Of a stretch of 64,000 nt of DNA, positions 44,264 through 54,334 are shown in pieces (position 1 is the first letter of the stretch; each line of letters begins with the position of its first letter). This DNA comes from Halothiobacillaceae bacterium (GTDB taxonomy: Bacteria; Pseudomonadota; Gammaproteobacteria; Halothiobacillales; Halothiobacillaceae). The stretch covers positions 1,593 to 65,592 of the forward strand of contig JAFGUH010000115.1 in assembly GCA_016938615.1 (NCBI GenBank). Reading direction: 5' to 3'. Under the pieces are notes generated by a model. The model ran no database searches and had not been told where the DNA came from. It worked only from the letters and a program-made list of their open reading frames with translations. The translations under genes were made by a program, and so were the position numbers.

Positions 44264-44881
44264 ATGCCCCACCCCATCCACGAACGACTCTTCCCGGCCA
44301 GCCGGCTCGTCGCCATCGCGGCACTCGCCGTCATGGCCGTCTCGATGCTCGCCACGCGCTACCACCACTTCAGCTCGGCGCTGCACCTGGCGGACACCTC
44401 CTGGGCGGTCTTCTTCCTGGCGGGGCTGTGGTTCCGGCAGGTGCGCGTGCTGGGTGGATTGCTGGCGCTGGCCGTCGTGATCGACCTGGGCAGCGTGTGG
44501 CTGGATGGTGCGGCGATGGCCAGCTGCTTTTCCCCGGCCTACCCGGGAGTGCTGGTCGCCTACGCCGTACTCTGGGGAGCGGGACGATTGGCCGGCGCAC
44601 GGTTGGCGAGCGGGTCGAACGGCCTGACCATGGCGATGGCCTGGGTCGTTGGGGCGTTGATCACCGGCAGTGCGGCGGCCTTCCTCGTTTCCAACGTCAC
44701 GTTCTATGCCTTCTCGGGCCAGTTCGGCGACATGCCGGCCGTCGAGTACGCCACGCGCACGCTCCCCTATCTCGCTGGGTATCTGAGCAGCGCCGCGATT
44801 TACAGCGCAATGGCGCTGGCGGCAATGGCCCTGGTCAATACCCTTCGCGAAGGCGCAGGGGAGCGACCCGACCTGTCTTAG
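44264..44881 (+). CDS. Small polytopic inner-membrane protein, candidate BtuM-like B12 transporter
   Basis: 205 aa, starting 39 nt after the btuB stop with no terminator between. About 6 hydrophobic helices and a single Cys (position 88, AAMASCFSPAYPG). Function inferred from context only. The stop codon TAG lies inside repeat copy B. Confidence 0.6.
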   Translation: MPHPIHERLFPASRLVAIAALAVMAVSMLATRYHHFSSALHLADTSWAVFFLAGLWFRQVRVLGGLLALAVVIDLGSVWLDGAAMASCFSPAYPGVLVAYAVLWGAGRLAGARLASGSNGLTMAMAWVVGALITGSAAAFLVSNVTFYAFSGQFGDMPAVEYATRTLPYLAGYLSSAAIYSAMALAAMALVNTLREGAGERPDLS

Positions 44882-45235
44882 GGAACCGCTGCACGAATGC
44901 CATACCACTCCGCGTGCCTTGAGCCGGGCAGAGGCAAGGCGCAGTCCGGCGTGAAGGGCCGTCACCCTTTACAAGGGCTAAACCGGATCGGCACGACGCC
45001 GCGATCCGGCCGGCGCAAGCCGGCCCGAAGGGCGAGGGTTCACGGACGAACCCGCGACGCCGCAGACGGGCCCTTGGCGGCCCGCCCGACGGGGCTTGCG
45101 GGTTTGCTCGCGCGCCGCGAAGCCGTCTCTCGACGGGCGCGAGTTATGGCCTTGGGCCCGTCTTCAAGCTGGCGCCAGAAAAGCGAACCAACCAGCGAGC
45201 CAGAGGCATCATCGATTCGTGCCGAGCTTCCCTAG
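44879..45235. mobile_element. Copy B (357 bp, full length) of the CTAG/TA-bounded inverted-repeat element
   Basis: Termini TAGGGAACCGCTGCACGAATGCCATACC... and ...GGCATCATCGATTCGTGCCGAGCTTCCCTA are inverted. Contains GGGCCCTTGGCGGC (45068-45081) and GGCGCCAGAAAAGCGAAC (45171-45188), identical to copy A, plus a ~45-nt internal insertion relative to A. Confidence 0.7.
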
Positions 45236-45257
45236 GAGTGGACCGCCACTCGAAAAG

Positions 45258-45288
45258 ACAAAACCCGGCAACGCATGCCGGGTTTTTC
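45258..45288. terminator. Bidirectional rho-independent terminator
   Basis: AAACCCGGCA-ACGCA-TGCCGGGTTT stem-loop followed by TTTCG and preceded by an A-run. Lies between the btuB operon (+) and chpC (-). Confidence 0.7.
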
Positions 45289-45319
45289 GCGTTGAGGCCA
45301 ACAACGATAGCGGCCCGGA

Positions 45320-45862
45320 CTAGTCCGCTGCCGTGCTCCACGACGCATCCTGCTCACCGAGGCGCATCTGTTCGATGCGTTCCTCGAGCACCCGAACGTC
45401 GGGGATTGCTGTCAGGCGCCCGCCAATCTGTGCCACGGCGCGCCAGAGTGGGTTGTCCTGTGCGCCACTGCCTTCGATCTGTCCGCGGACGACCTGCTCC
45501 GAACGCGGTACGCCCGACAGCAGGACGGCGAAGTACGGTAACGCCCGTTCCGGGTCGGTGCCGTACAACACGGCACAACGGACCCGGCGACCGATCGTCG
45601 GCACCGGCTCCCCGTTCATCGCCTCCAGGCTGATCAGCGGAACCCGTTGGCCACGCCAATCCACCACGGTGGTCTCGTTCCGCCCCAGCCGAATGCTGCC
45701 GGCCGGCAACGAGACGTCGGTAATCTCGGCGATCAGTGCATAGGGCACCAGCAATTCGAGCTCGGCGAGCTGGGTCGGCAGGCGCACGGCACGGATCACT
45801 TCGGCGGACTGCGGCGGGGAATTCGGCTGAGCCATGGGGGCGTTACTCGGTTCGGTCGACAT
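45320..45862 (-). CDS. chpC: CheW-like coupling protein ChpC
   Basis: 180 aa. GGAG Shine-Dalgarno before ATG 45862. 20-nt overlap with the chpA 3' end. CheW-domain pattern LLVPYALIAEI...VVDWRGQRVPLISLE. Last gene of the Pil-Chp cluster. Confidence 0.75.
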   Translation of the reverse strand: MSTEPSNAPMAQPNSPPQSAEVIRAVRLPTQLAELELLVPYALIAEITDVSLPAGSIRLGRNETTVVDWRGQRVPLISLEAMNGEPVPTIGRRVRCAVLYGTDPERALPYFAVLLSGVPRSEQVVRGQIEGSGAQDNPLWRAVAQIGGRLTAIPDVRVLEERIEQMRLGEQDASWSTAAD

Positions 45863-48800
45863 GGGGGGCTCCGTCGTCCACCTCCGTCGGCTCCGATTCG
45901 ATCGACGGCAGCAGGCGCTCGATGGTCTCGATCAGGTCGAGTTCGGTATACGGCTTGCCGAGATAGGCGGAAACACCGAGATTCTCGGCGCGGGTTCGAT
46001 GTTTCTGGCCGGTGCGCGAGGAGATCATCACCACCGGGGTGCCCTGAGCGGCCCGATCGTTGCGGATCGCCCCAAGCAGTTCGAAACCGTCCATTCGCGG
46101 CATCTCGATATCGGTCAGCACCAGGTCGGGCAGGCTGTCCTGCAGAAGGCCAAGTGCCTCGACACCATCCCGGGCAAGCAGCACGTCGTAATGATTCCGC
46201 TCGAGCGTTCGCGCCGTGACCTTGCGCACGGTGAGCGAGTCGTCCACCACCAACACCGTCGGCCGTGAGCGCTTGGGCACGAATCCGGCCTGATCGCCGA
46301 GACGGCGCCGATAGTCGCGTCGCTGGAACTGCTGGACCAGTTCGAACAGTTCCAGGACGAGAATCACCTCGCCGTCGTCCGCGATCGTCGCCCCGGACAA
46401 CCCGGGGATCCGGCCCAACTGGGCGCCGAGCGACTTGACGAACAACTGGATGCCGCCGAGTTGGTGATCGACGTGCAAGGCGAAGCGGCGTTCACCGAGC
46501 TTGAACAACAATATCGGCCGGATCGCGGCCACGTCGTGCTCGGTCTCCGCGGGTGGTTGCCCCCAAAGCAGTTCGCCCAGGTAATACAGCGGGTACCGCT
46601 CGCCCTCGTGCTCGACCTCGGGCTTATCCTGCCGGTAATGCTCGGCGAGGGCGACGCCGGTCATACGGGTCACGGTGACCACGCCCTTGTAGGGAATCGC
46701 GTAGCGGTCGTCGCCGCTACCGATCAGGATGCCGCGGGTCATCGCCTGGGTCAGCGGCAGGTTGAGCCGTATATCGGTGTACTCGCCCTGCTCGGAATCG
46801 ATGTCGACGAACCCGCCCAGTTCACGGGTAGCGCTGGCGACCACATCCATGCCGACGCCACGCCCGGCCACCTGCGACAGGTTGCCCGCCGTGGAGAAGC
46901 CTGGCAGGAAGATGAGCGAGCGAGCCTCCTCGTCGCTGATCTCCATGTCGACCGGCACCAGGCTGCGCTCGGTCGCCTTGCGACGAATGGCGTCGAGATC
47001 GAGACCCCGCCCGTCGTCTCGGAGGCTCACGGTGATATTGCCACCGCCACTGTCGACATTCATGACCAGGCTGCCTACGGGCGGCTTGCTCAGGGCCCGA
47101 CGTTCCTCGGGCGACTCGATGCCGTGGGCGATCGAGTTGCGCAGCATGTGCTCTAGCGAAGGCAGCAACGCCATCAGGGTGACGCGGTCAATTTCCGCGT
47201 CGCCGTTCTCGATCGCCAATTCGGCCTGCCGCCCCATTTCCTCGCCCACCTGGCGAACGATACGGCGCAAGCGACCGGCGACCTCGTTGAATCGCACCAG
47301 CCGCATGGCCAGCACGCCATCCTGCATCTTGCGACCCAGACGCGACTGTTGCAGGAGCAGCAACTGCGACTGCTCGGTCAGCAAGCTCAGGCTTTCCTCG
47401 ATGTTGGCGACGTCGCCCAACGATTCCATGATGCCGCGAGACAGCTCCTGCACCTGGGTGAAGCGATCGAACTCGAGCGGGTCGAAATGCGCCTCGTCGA
47501 TGCCGACCTCTTCCATCAGGTCCGCCTTGATCTGCGTCTCCGTTTCGATCTCGAGTCGGCGCAACTGGCTACGCAGTCGCGTGACGGTCTGCTGCAATTC
47601 GAACAGCTGGCGCTCGAAGCCATTGACCTGACGGTCGACTCGCGACTGCAGCAGGACGGACTCGCCGATCTGATTGACCAGGGCATCGATGCTGCTGGCG
47701 GCCACCCGCACCTGATCGTCGCGACGTTCGGCGGCAATCGGTTCGTCGTCGGGTCCTTCGGTCCCGGACACCCTCTCGGGGGTCGGCGCAGGGGCCGCCC
47801 CACCGGAGAAATCCTCGACCACCGGGGTCGCCCCGACGGATTCCCGGTCGCGTCGGGCAAAACGCGCCGCGCCCTCCGGTTCGCGTATCAGGCCAATCAA
47901 CTCGCGCTGTTGCGGAATGGGCTGCTGATTGCGTACCCGGTCGAGCAGACCGGCGATCACGTCGTAGCTGTGTTGGACCAGTGCGACCAACGGCGCGTGA
48001 TCCTCGGATTCGTCACGACGAGCCATGTCGAGGCGTCCCTCGAGATGGTGAGCGACATCTCCGAGGTTGAGCAGGCCCGCCATCCGCGCGCCGCCCTTGA
48101 GCGTGTGCAGGTTGCGGTGGAGCAGGCGTACCGACTCGAGATCCTGCGGATGGACGCGCCAATGCGCCAGGTAGGCATCCGCCTGTTCGAGCAGCTCGTA
48201 GGCCTCGTCGAGGAAAATCTGCAGGATATCCTCGTCCTGGTCGGCTGGCTCGTCGTCCGGGCGGCGTTCGAAGTCGCCGTCCACCTCGTGCTCATCACCG
48301 CCGCCGGGCACGGCTTCGGATTCACCGGGCCAGGAGGTGTCGTCCTCATTAGGCCCGCCGTCATCGTCCGCCAAGCGATCCATATCGGATTCGGCAGTCC
48401 CGGGGTCCGCCGGGTCCGCATCCTCGGCCACGTCGCTGGCGTCAGCGCCCGTCTCCTTTTCCCGGAGCGAGTCGGGCAGGGCCATGCGCGAATCGCGCGC
48501 CTCCGCGCTCTCGGCGAGCTCGCCGTATTCTGAGAGGACCTCGCTCAATTTCTCGTCGAGGCGGCGCTCGAGACCCTCGCTATCGGGGCGTTCGCGCCCC
48601 GGATCGACGACCCACTGTCGCAATGCCTCGATGGCCTCGGCCCCCTCGGCGAAAAGGGCGAGGTCCTCTCCCGCCAGGCGCTCATGGTTTTCGGCGAGCA
48701 CACGCGTCCAGTCCTCGAGGTACCTCGCCAGCACGGCGACGGTATCCACACCGGCCGTGCGGGCCGATCCCAACGTCGTGTGCAGCAGCCGAACCAGATC

Positions 48801-51800
48801 GTTGTCGCATGCCAGGCCGACGCCGTGCTCGCGCGCCGACTCGACCTTGCGATGCAGCTCGTCGATGTAGCCACCGATCTCCTGGTCGAATATCTCGCGC
48901 AGGACCGGATCCTCGATCACTGGCGCCCCGTCGTCCGCACCTCTCGTGGCCGCGTCGTCCGTCTCGGTGGCTGCTTCGGTGGCCGGGACATGCGCCTGAC
49001 GGTCGGACTGGCTGTCGACCGAGATGTCGGGCTTGGCATCCGCCTGAGTATCTGCTTGGGTATCCGCTTGGGTATCTGCTTGGGGATCTGCTTGGGGATC
49101 TGCTTGGGTATCCGGCCGGGAAACCTCTCGACTATCGGTCTCGGCATCCGTCGACAGCTCGCCGTCCGGCGCCTCGGTGTGCCCTGCCTCCAGCCGCTCG
49201 GCCAGCGCCCGGGACGCCGCCCAGTGTGATACCGGCGTGTCGCGACCGGCTTCGAGATCCGGCAAGGCCGACGCCATCAGTGCCACGGCACCGCTCGCGC
49301 CCTGCCGCGTGGCCTCGCCGTCGTCGAGCCTGGCATCGATCACCTGGTTGAGAAGACGCTCCCAGGCCCAGGCCCAGTCGCCGATGGTCTCGAGGCCGAC
49401 CATGCGGCCACTGCCCTTGATGGTGTGGAACCCGCGACGCAGGCGCACGAGCGCCTCCGCGTCGCGATGATCACGCCAGCCGGCAGCGGCCTCGGTCATC
49501 TCAGGAACGGTCTCGGCCATTTCCTCGGCGAAGACCTCGCGCATCTCCGCCATCATCGGGTCGTCGTCGGGCCCAGCGGCATCGATCGGTGATGATTCGT
49601 CGGGGGCCTCCGGCAATTCTGGCGCCTCGACCACCTCGTCGGGCAAGTCGATCGCGGCTTCGTCGGCGGGGTCGGCCGTCGAACGCAACTCGTCCTGATC
49701 CTCCGCGAGCCCGAAATCCAGCGCCGAGTCGAGGCCGGCACCGGATTCTTCCTCCGCCGGTTGCATGGCCAACGCCTCGGGGGCATCGGCCGGCTCGCCT
49801 TCGGCCGGGTTGCCGCCAGCCGAGGTGTCTGCCTCCAAGTCCGCCGACGGCTCGTCGCCCGAGCCGGATGCCGGGGCCGACAGCGAGGCCTCGGTGTCGG
49901 TGGACGAGAGCCCCCGGTGCTGTGCCTGGTCGCCTTCGGAGATCGGGAGGGAAAGGTCGTCGGAGTCCTCGGCGATCGGGGCCGACTCATCCGCGATGCC
50001 TTCGCCCTCTTCCGACGGCAGATCGGGCAATGTCAAGGCGGAATTGTCGCCCGCCCCATCGAGTCGCTGGTCCGCCTCGCCCTCGTCCAGCGAGAAATCC
50101 AGGGCCGCCTCGAGTGTTTCGCCACTGGCCTGATCGCTGCCCTCCGGCACGACGGGCTCGCCCGAGAAGGTCGCCGCCGACGCTCCCTCCGTCTCGTCCG
50201 CCACGGCCGATCCGTTCGTGTCATCCGGGTCTGCCTGCCAGAAGGCGATCAGTTCATCGGGCGTCGCGAGGCTTTCGTCGACCGGAGTCACCAAGGGCCG
50301 ATCGTCGATTTCACCCTTCGAGGGCGCAGGGGCCCGTTCAGGTGCAAGCGGTTCGGGCGCACCGTCCGCCACGGTTGTGGCGGACGCCGCCTGCTCGATA
50401 CCGCCGGGCAACAAGTCCCCGATACGCCGCTTGGGCGCGTCGAGGAAACGCGCGATCTCCTTCTGGAAATCACGCAGATTCTCGAGGTAGAACTCCAGCG
50501 CGGCGAAGATCTCGCTCAGCGCGGCCAAGGTCTCCGGGTCGCCACTCGACTCATCCGCGGCCATGCCCCGGCTCCATTGGGCGATCGCCATGGCGAGCGG
50601 CGTGGCCGCGTCACGCCCGGAAAGACGCAGGACTTCCCCGATGCCCGTCAGCATCTCGGCAGCGTGGGCGAACGCCTGCTCGGGCGACGTGCCCGCCTCG
50701 GTCCGACCGGCCAGCCCGGCATCGATCTTCCCCCGCGCCTCACCCAGCGATTCGTAGGCCGCGTGAGCGATGGCCCCGATCGAGCTGGCGACGGTCTGGT
50801 CTTGCAACGTGTCGCCCTGATTTTGTCCGGCCAGGTCGCGTGGAATGCCGGCAACCAGCTGCTCCAGCAGCATGACCGTCCCGGCCAGATCCATTAGCAT
50901 CGCATCGTCGAGCAACTCGGCCCCACGGGTCACCTGTTGCAGGCGGGCACGGTCGGCCTCTAGAGCCGCCGCCGCGGCCCGGTAGCCGAGCGTGTCGAGG
51001 ACCCCGCTCATTTGCTCGAACTTGGTCACGATCCGACCGAGCGGCTCCAGGTCGTCCCGCTTGCCGCGCACGAACAGGTCGAGCACGTCCTGCGTTGCGA
51101 GCAATTCCTCTTCGAGTGCCTGCCTGACGGCCTTGAGTGCCTCGGCATCCAGGCCGACGAAGCGTGCCGGGCCGTCGGCGCGATCGATCTGGGCGCGCCA
51201 CTCGGCCGCGGTGTCCCGACAGATGACGTCCTGTTCATCCACCTTGTCGAGCAGCGAAAGCAGGACCGAGGCACCCAGATCCAGCCCGGCATGGTCGATG
51301 ACCGCGACGCTGCGCGCCTGGAGCTGGAAGCGGAAGAGTTGCAGCACGCGACCCACCGCGCGCTTGAGGAGTGGGGCGAAATCGTTCGGGCGCGATTCGG
51401 TCAGGCGAAGCAATTCGTCGACGACCCGGATGGCGATAATCGCGCTGCGGCTGGATTCGTGCGCAATGATCTGCATCGAGAGATCGCGCAGCCCGGGCAG
51501 GGCCGACCAGTCGTCCCGCATTACCGCGAGGACTTCGCGCTCCATGCGCCGCAGCAGGGGGCGCAACTCGGCCTCGGCGTCTACGCCCGTCGGCAGGTGG
51601 GGGCGCTTGCCAAGTTCGTGTTCGGCTTGCAGCAGAAAGGCGCGCGCCGCGAGTTCACGCTCGTCGAGCGGCGGCTGTCCTTGGGTGCCACGCAGGCGGT
51701 TGACCATCGGCCGCAGACTCGCCGCAGAGATCTCGGCCCCCGCGGCCATCCGATCGAGCAAGGCCTGCAGGAGGGCCGCCGACTCGATCTGGGCGGAGAC

Positions 51801-52064
51801 GGCGACCTCGTCACGATCGTCATGTTCCAACGGCTCGAGCGCGGCCAGCTGCGTGCGCAGCAGTACGCGCACCAATTGGATATCGACCATCGAGAAGACC
51901 CGATCGAGGGTCTGCAGCGCCTGGGTGGCATCGAAGACGTGCTCGGTGGCGTTCTCGCCCTGCGAGAGTTGCTCCAATGCCCTGAGCAGCTCGGCGAGCC
52001 GTTCTTCCAGCCCCTCCCGGAGCCAGTCGAACACGATCGCATCGACTTTCCTTTCTGTCCGCAT
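45843..52064 (-). CDS. chpA: ChpA: multi-Hpt CheA-type hybrid histidine kinase of the Pil-Chp system
   Basis: 2073 aa. Several Hpt-like modules (FHTIKGSGRMVGL, LHTLKGGARMAGL, LHTTLGSARTAGV), HATPase core (HMLRNSIAHGIE, GRGVGMDVV), CheW-like domain, and C-terminal receiver (VLVVDDSLTVRK...LTDIEMPRMDG...GKP). Long acidic linkers. Confidence 0.9.
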   Translation of the reverse strand: MRTERKVDAIVFDWLREGLEERLAELLRALEQLSQGENATEHVFDATQALQTLDRVFSMVDIQLVRVLLRTQLAALEPLEHDDRDEVAVSAQIESAALLQALLDRMAAGAEISAASLRPMVNRLRGTQGQPPLDERELAARAFLLQAEHELGKRPHLPTGVDAEAELRPLLRRMEREVLAVMRDDWSALPGLRDLSMQIIAHESSRSAIIAIRVVDELLRLTESRPNDFAPLLKRAVGRVLQLFRFQLQARSVAVIDHAGLDLGASVLLSLLDKVDEQDVICRDTAAEWRAQIDRADGPARFVGLDAEALKAVRQALEEELLATQDVLDLFVRGKRDDLEPLGRIVTKFEQMSGVLDTLGYRAAAAALEADRARLQQVTRGAELLDDAMLMDLAGTVMLLEQLVAGIPRDLAGQNQGDTLQDQTVASSIGAIAHAAYESLGEARGKIDAGLAGRTEAGTSPEQAFAHAAEMLTGIGEVLRLSGRDAATPLAMAIAQWSRGMAADESSGDPETLAALSEIFAALEFYLENLRDFQKEIARFLDAPKRRIGDLLPGGIEQAASATTVADGAPEPLAPERAPAPSKGEIDDRPLVTPVDESLATPDELIAFWQADPDDTNGSAVADETEGASAATFSGEPVVPEGSDQASGETLEAALDFSLDEGEADQRLDGAGDNSALTLPDLPSEEGEGIADESAPIAEDSDDLSLPISEGDQAQHRGLSSTDTEASLSAPASGSGDEPSADLEADTSAGGNPAEGEPADAPEALAMQPAEEESGAGLDSALDFGLAEDQDELRSTADPADEAAIDLPDEVVEAPELPEAPDESSPIDAAGPDDDPMMAEMREVFAEEMAETVPEMTEAAAGWRDHRDAEALVRLRRGFHTIKGSGRMVGLETIGDWAWAWERLLNQVIDARLDDGEATRQGASGAVALMASALPDLEAGRDTPVSHWAASRALAERLEAGHTEAPDGELSTDAETDSREVSRPDTQADPQADPQADTQADTQADTQADAKPDISVDSQSDRQAHVPATEAATETDDAATRGADDGAPVIEDPVLREIFDQEIGGYIDELHRKVESAREHGVGLACDNDLVRLLHTTLGSARTAGVDTVAVLARYLEDWTRVLAENHERLAGEDLALFAEGAEAIEALRQWVVDPGRERPDSEGLERRLDEKLSEVLSEYGELAESAEARDSRMALPDSLREKETGADASDVAEDADPADPGTAESDMDRLADDDGGPNEDDTSWPGESEAVPGGGDEHEVDGDFERRPDDEPADQDEDILQIFLDEAYELLEQADAYLAHWRVHPQDLESVRLLHRNLHTLKGGARMAGLLNLGDVAHHLEGRLDMARRDESEDHAPLVALVQHSYDVIAGLLDRVRNQQPIPQQRELIGLIREPEGAARFARRDRESVGATPVVEDFSGGAAPAPTPERVSGTEGPDDEPIAAERRDDQVRVAASSIDALVNQIGESVLLQSRVDRQVNGFERQLFELQQTVTRLRSQLRRLEIETETQIKADLMEEVGIDEAHFDPLEFDRFTQVQELSRGIMESLGDVANIEESLSLLTEQSQLLLLQQSRLGRKMQDGVLAMRLVRFNEVAGRLRRIVRQVGEEMGRQAELAIENGDAEIDRVTLMALLPSLEHMLRNSIAHGIESPEERRALSKPPVGSLVMNVDSGGGNITVSLRDDGRGLDLDAIRRKATERSLVPVDMEISDEEARSLIFLPGFSTAGNLSQVAGRGVGMDVVASATRELGGFVDIDSEQGEYTDIRLNLPLTQAMTRGILIGSGDDRYAIPYKGVVTVTRMTGVALAEHYRQDKPEVEHEGERYPLYYLGELLWGQPPAETEHDVAAIRPILLFKLGERRFALHVDHQLGGIQLFVKSLGAQLGRIPGLSGATIADDGEVILVLELFELVQQFQRRDYRRRLGDQAGFVPKRSRPTVLVVDDSLTVRKVTARTLERNHYDVLLARDGVEALGLLQDSLPDLVLTDIEMPRMDGFELLGAIRNDRAAQGTPVVMISSRTGQKHRTRAENLGVSAYLGKPYTELDLIETIERLLPSIESEPTEVDDGAPHVDRTE
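49048..49119. repeat. 12-bp tandem repeat (about 6 units) inside chpA
   Basis: GTATCTGCTTGG / GTATCCGCTTGG / GGATCTGCTTGG units on the + strand. They encode DTQADPQADPQADTQADTQADTQA in a ChpA linker. Confidence 0.85.
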
Positions 52065-52158
52065 CTTCAGTTACACCGCCTATCGGCATCCCGCCTGCTG
52101 GAATCTCCGTGGGCCGCCCGTGGGCCCACGCAGCCCTGTTCCACCGCCTCGCGCGTGA

Positions 52159-54273
52159 TCAGGCCTGCCTTTCCTCGAGTTCGTCCCAGCCGTCATCATC
52201 CGACCGCTCCTCGGTCGCATTCTCGACCGGCGAGTGCGGCACCCGTCCGCCACGCTCGGGCATGGTGAAGCCGGCGACGGAACGGTTGAGCTCCTGGGAC
52301 AGCGAACCGAGCTCGCCGATCTCGTCGGCCGCTTGGGTGGCGTTCTCGGCCGTCTGCTGTGTTTCCTGCTGGATCCGGTTGACCGCCTCGCGCAGATCGG
52401 TGGCCACCGAGGCCTCCTTCTGCGCGACGGAGGTAATGTCGTTGATCTGCTCGGAAAGCTTCAGCGAGACGCTCTCGATCTCGGACAGCGCCTTGCCCGC
52501 GTTCTCGGCGAGCGTTGCGCCGTCGACGACGTTCGAGGTGGTCTGCTCCATGGCGAGCATCGCCTCGGAGGTGTCGGTCTGGATCGTGTTGACCAGCAAC
52601 TCGATCTGGCGCGTCGCGTCACTGACACGCTCGGCCAGGCGCTGGACCTCGTCGGCGACCACCGCGAAGCCGCGGCCCGCCTCGCCGGCCATGGCGGCCT
52701 GGATGGCCGCGTTGAGTGCCAGGATGTTGGTCTGGTCGGCGATGTCGGTGATCAGCCCGACGATGTCGCCGATCTCCTGGGAGGACTCGCCGAGGCGCTT
52801 GAGGCGCTTGGAGGTTTCCTGGATCTGCTCGCGGGTCTGGTTCATGCCCTTGATGGTCTGGCGCACTGCATCGCCGCCACGGTGGGCCACGTCGACCGAG
52901 GACTCGGCGATCTGCGCGGATTGTTGCGCACTCACCGAAACCCGCTGGATCTCGTCGGACATCTGGGCGATGGCGTCCGAGATCTCGATGATCCGCTGGG
53001 CCTGGCCACGCGATTTCTCGGCCAACGCTCGCGAACTGTCCTGAGAGGATTGCACGGCCTCGGCCACGCGCACCGAGGTATCGTTGATGGTGCCGACCAG
53101 GTCGCGCAGGGCGTCGATGGTGTAGTTGACCGAGTCGGCGATCGCGCCCGTGATGTCCTCGGTGACCGTGGTATGCGCGGTCAGGTCACCGTCGGCCAGT
53201 GTCATCATCTCGTCGAGCAGACGCAGGATCGCGGCCTGGTTGCGCTGGTTGGCCGACTCGGTATCGCGCAGGGCCCGGCGAGACTCCTGCACCAGTGTCA
53301 CGCCCAGCCAGACGAGCAGCAGCAGCGCGATCGCGCCGCTGGCGTAGCCCAGGTAACGGGATTCCGAGGCCTGGTTCTGATCCGCGACCAATGCCTGGGC
53401 GAGCTCGGCGGTCGCCTGCGTGAACTCGCTCGACATCCTGTCAATCTCGCGCGCCGCCTGGTTTGCCGCCAACAGTTGCGGCGCCTGTTCTAGCACGGCG
53501 GAGACCAGCTGGTTGACCGTGGCGAACAGCACGCCAACCTCGCGCAAGCCGTCACGAACCTCGGGGTTGCTGACCCGCGGCGCCATGCGATTGCCGTTCA
53601 ACAGGCCGTTGAGTACGCCGCCAAACAGGGCGACGTCGCGGCCGAAGCGCTCCGAGGCGTTGACCGCTTGCTCACCGCCACCGGTGATCTCGTCGAGGGT
53701 GGTCCCGATCCGCTCGATGAACATCAATTGCCGGGTAGCGAGGTAAATGACGCTGCTGGGCGCATCGTTGGCGACCAGTGTCTGGACGACCTCGTCCGAG
53801 GCGGCGGTCAGGTCCGGGAGAATCTCCTCGATCTGTTTCGACTGCTCACCCACCGAGAGGATGGCGCCGCGCCCTTCGAGCACCTTCGCCAACGACTCGT
53901 TGTAGGTATTCCAGCGTTGCGCGATCGTGCCGAGCAAGGCCTGCCGGTCGGCGGGGACCTTCAGTTCGGGGGCCTCGGGGTTTTCACCCTGGAGGCTGTC
54001 GAGGGTGTCGGTGAAATCGGCCCGGATCGACTGGACGCGGTCGAATGCGCCAGGATTGCCCCGGATGGCCCGCAACACCTCGATGGTCAATTCCTGCGAC
54101 GACCGTTCGAGTTCCGTTGCCGCAAGGCGGCGATCGAGGAAATCCTGCTCGCGCTGGGCCGAGTAGATGAACACGACGACCGTCGCGATCAGGGCGAGCA
54201 CCGCCAGGACAACGAGAACCAGTATCTTACGGCTGATGCCGCCCATCCGTGCGCCAAGACTCATAGTTGCCAC
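52159..54273 (-). CDS. pilJ: PilJ methyl-accepting chemotaxis-type receptor
   Basis: 704 aa. N-terminal TM, large periplasmic domain, HAMP, and the highly conserved MCP tip [33 protein letters not shown]. Confidence 0.9.
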   Translation of the reverse strand: MATMSLGARMGGISRKILVLVVLAVLALIATVVVFIYSAQREQDFLDRRLAATELERSSQELTIEVLRAIRGNPGAFDRVQSIRADFTDTLDSLQGENPEAPELKVPADRQALLGTIAQRWNTYNESLAKVLEGRGAILSVGEQSKQIEEILPDLTAASDEVVQTLVANDAPSSVIYLATRQLMFIERIGTTLDEITGGGEQAVNASERFGRDVALFGGVLNGLLNGNRMAPRVSNPEVRDGLREVGVLFATVNQLVSAVLEQAPQLLAANQAAREIDRMSSEFTQATAELAQALVADQNQASESRYLGYASGAIALLLLVWLGVTLVQESRRALRDTESANQRNQAAILRLLDEMMTLADGDLTAHTTVTEDITGAIADSVNYTIDALRDLVGTINDTSVRVAEAVQSSQDSSRALAEKSRGQAQRIIEISDAIAQMSDEIQRVSVSAQQSAQIAESSVDVAHRGGDAVRQTIKGMNQTREQIQETSKRLKRLGESSQEIGDIVGLITDIADQTNILALNAAIQAAMAGEAGRGFAVVADEVQRLAERVSDATRQIELLVNTIQTDTSEAMLAMEQTTSNVVDGATLAENAGKALSEIESVSLKLSEQINDITSVAQKEASVATDLREAVNRIQQETQQTAENATQAADEIGELGSLSQELNRSVAGFTMPERGGRVPHSPVENATEERSDDDGWDELEERQA

Positions 54274-54334
54274 TTACTCCTAGGATCGATTCATCGTTTT
54301 TGTTGCTTGCGGGCGCTCGCCCGGGACCGCGACA

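Noticed and set aside
49020-49125. Tandem short repeats considered as a possible CRISPR-like array
   Set aside because: The units are 12 bp, contiguous without spacers, in frame and inside chpA. There are no cas genes.
54283-54300. CCTAGGATCGATTCATCG upstream of pilJ, reminiscent of the element terminus
   Set aside because: It shares only CTAG and ATCGAT. The spacing differs and no partner repeat is present.
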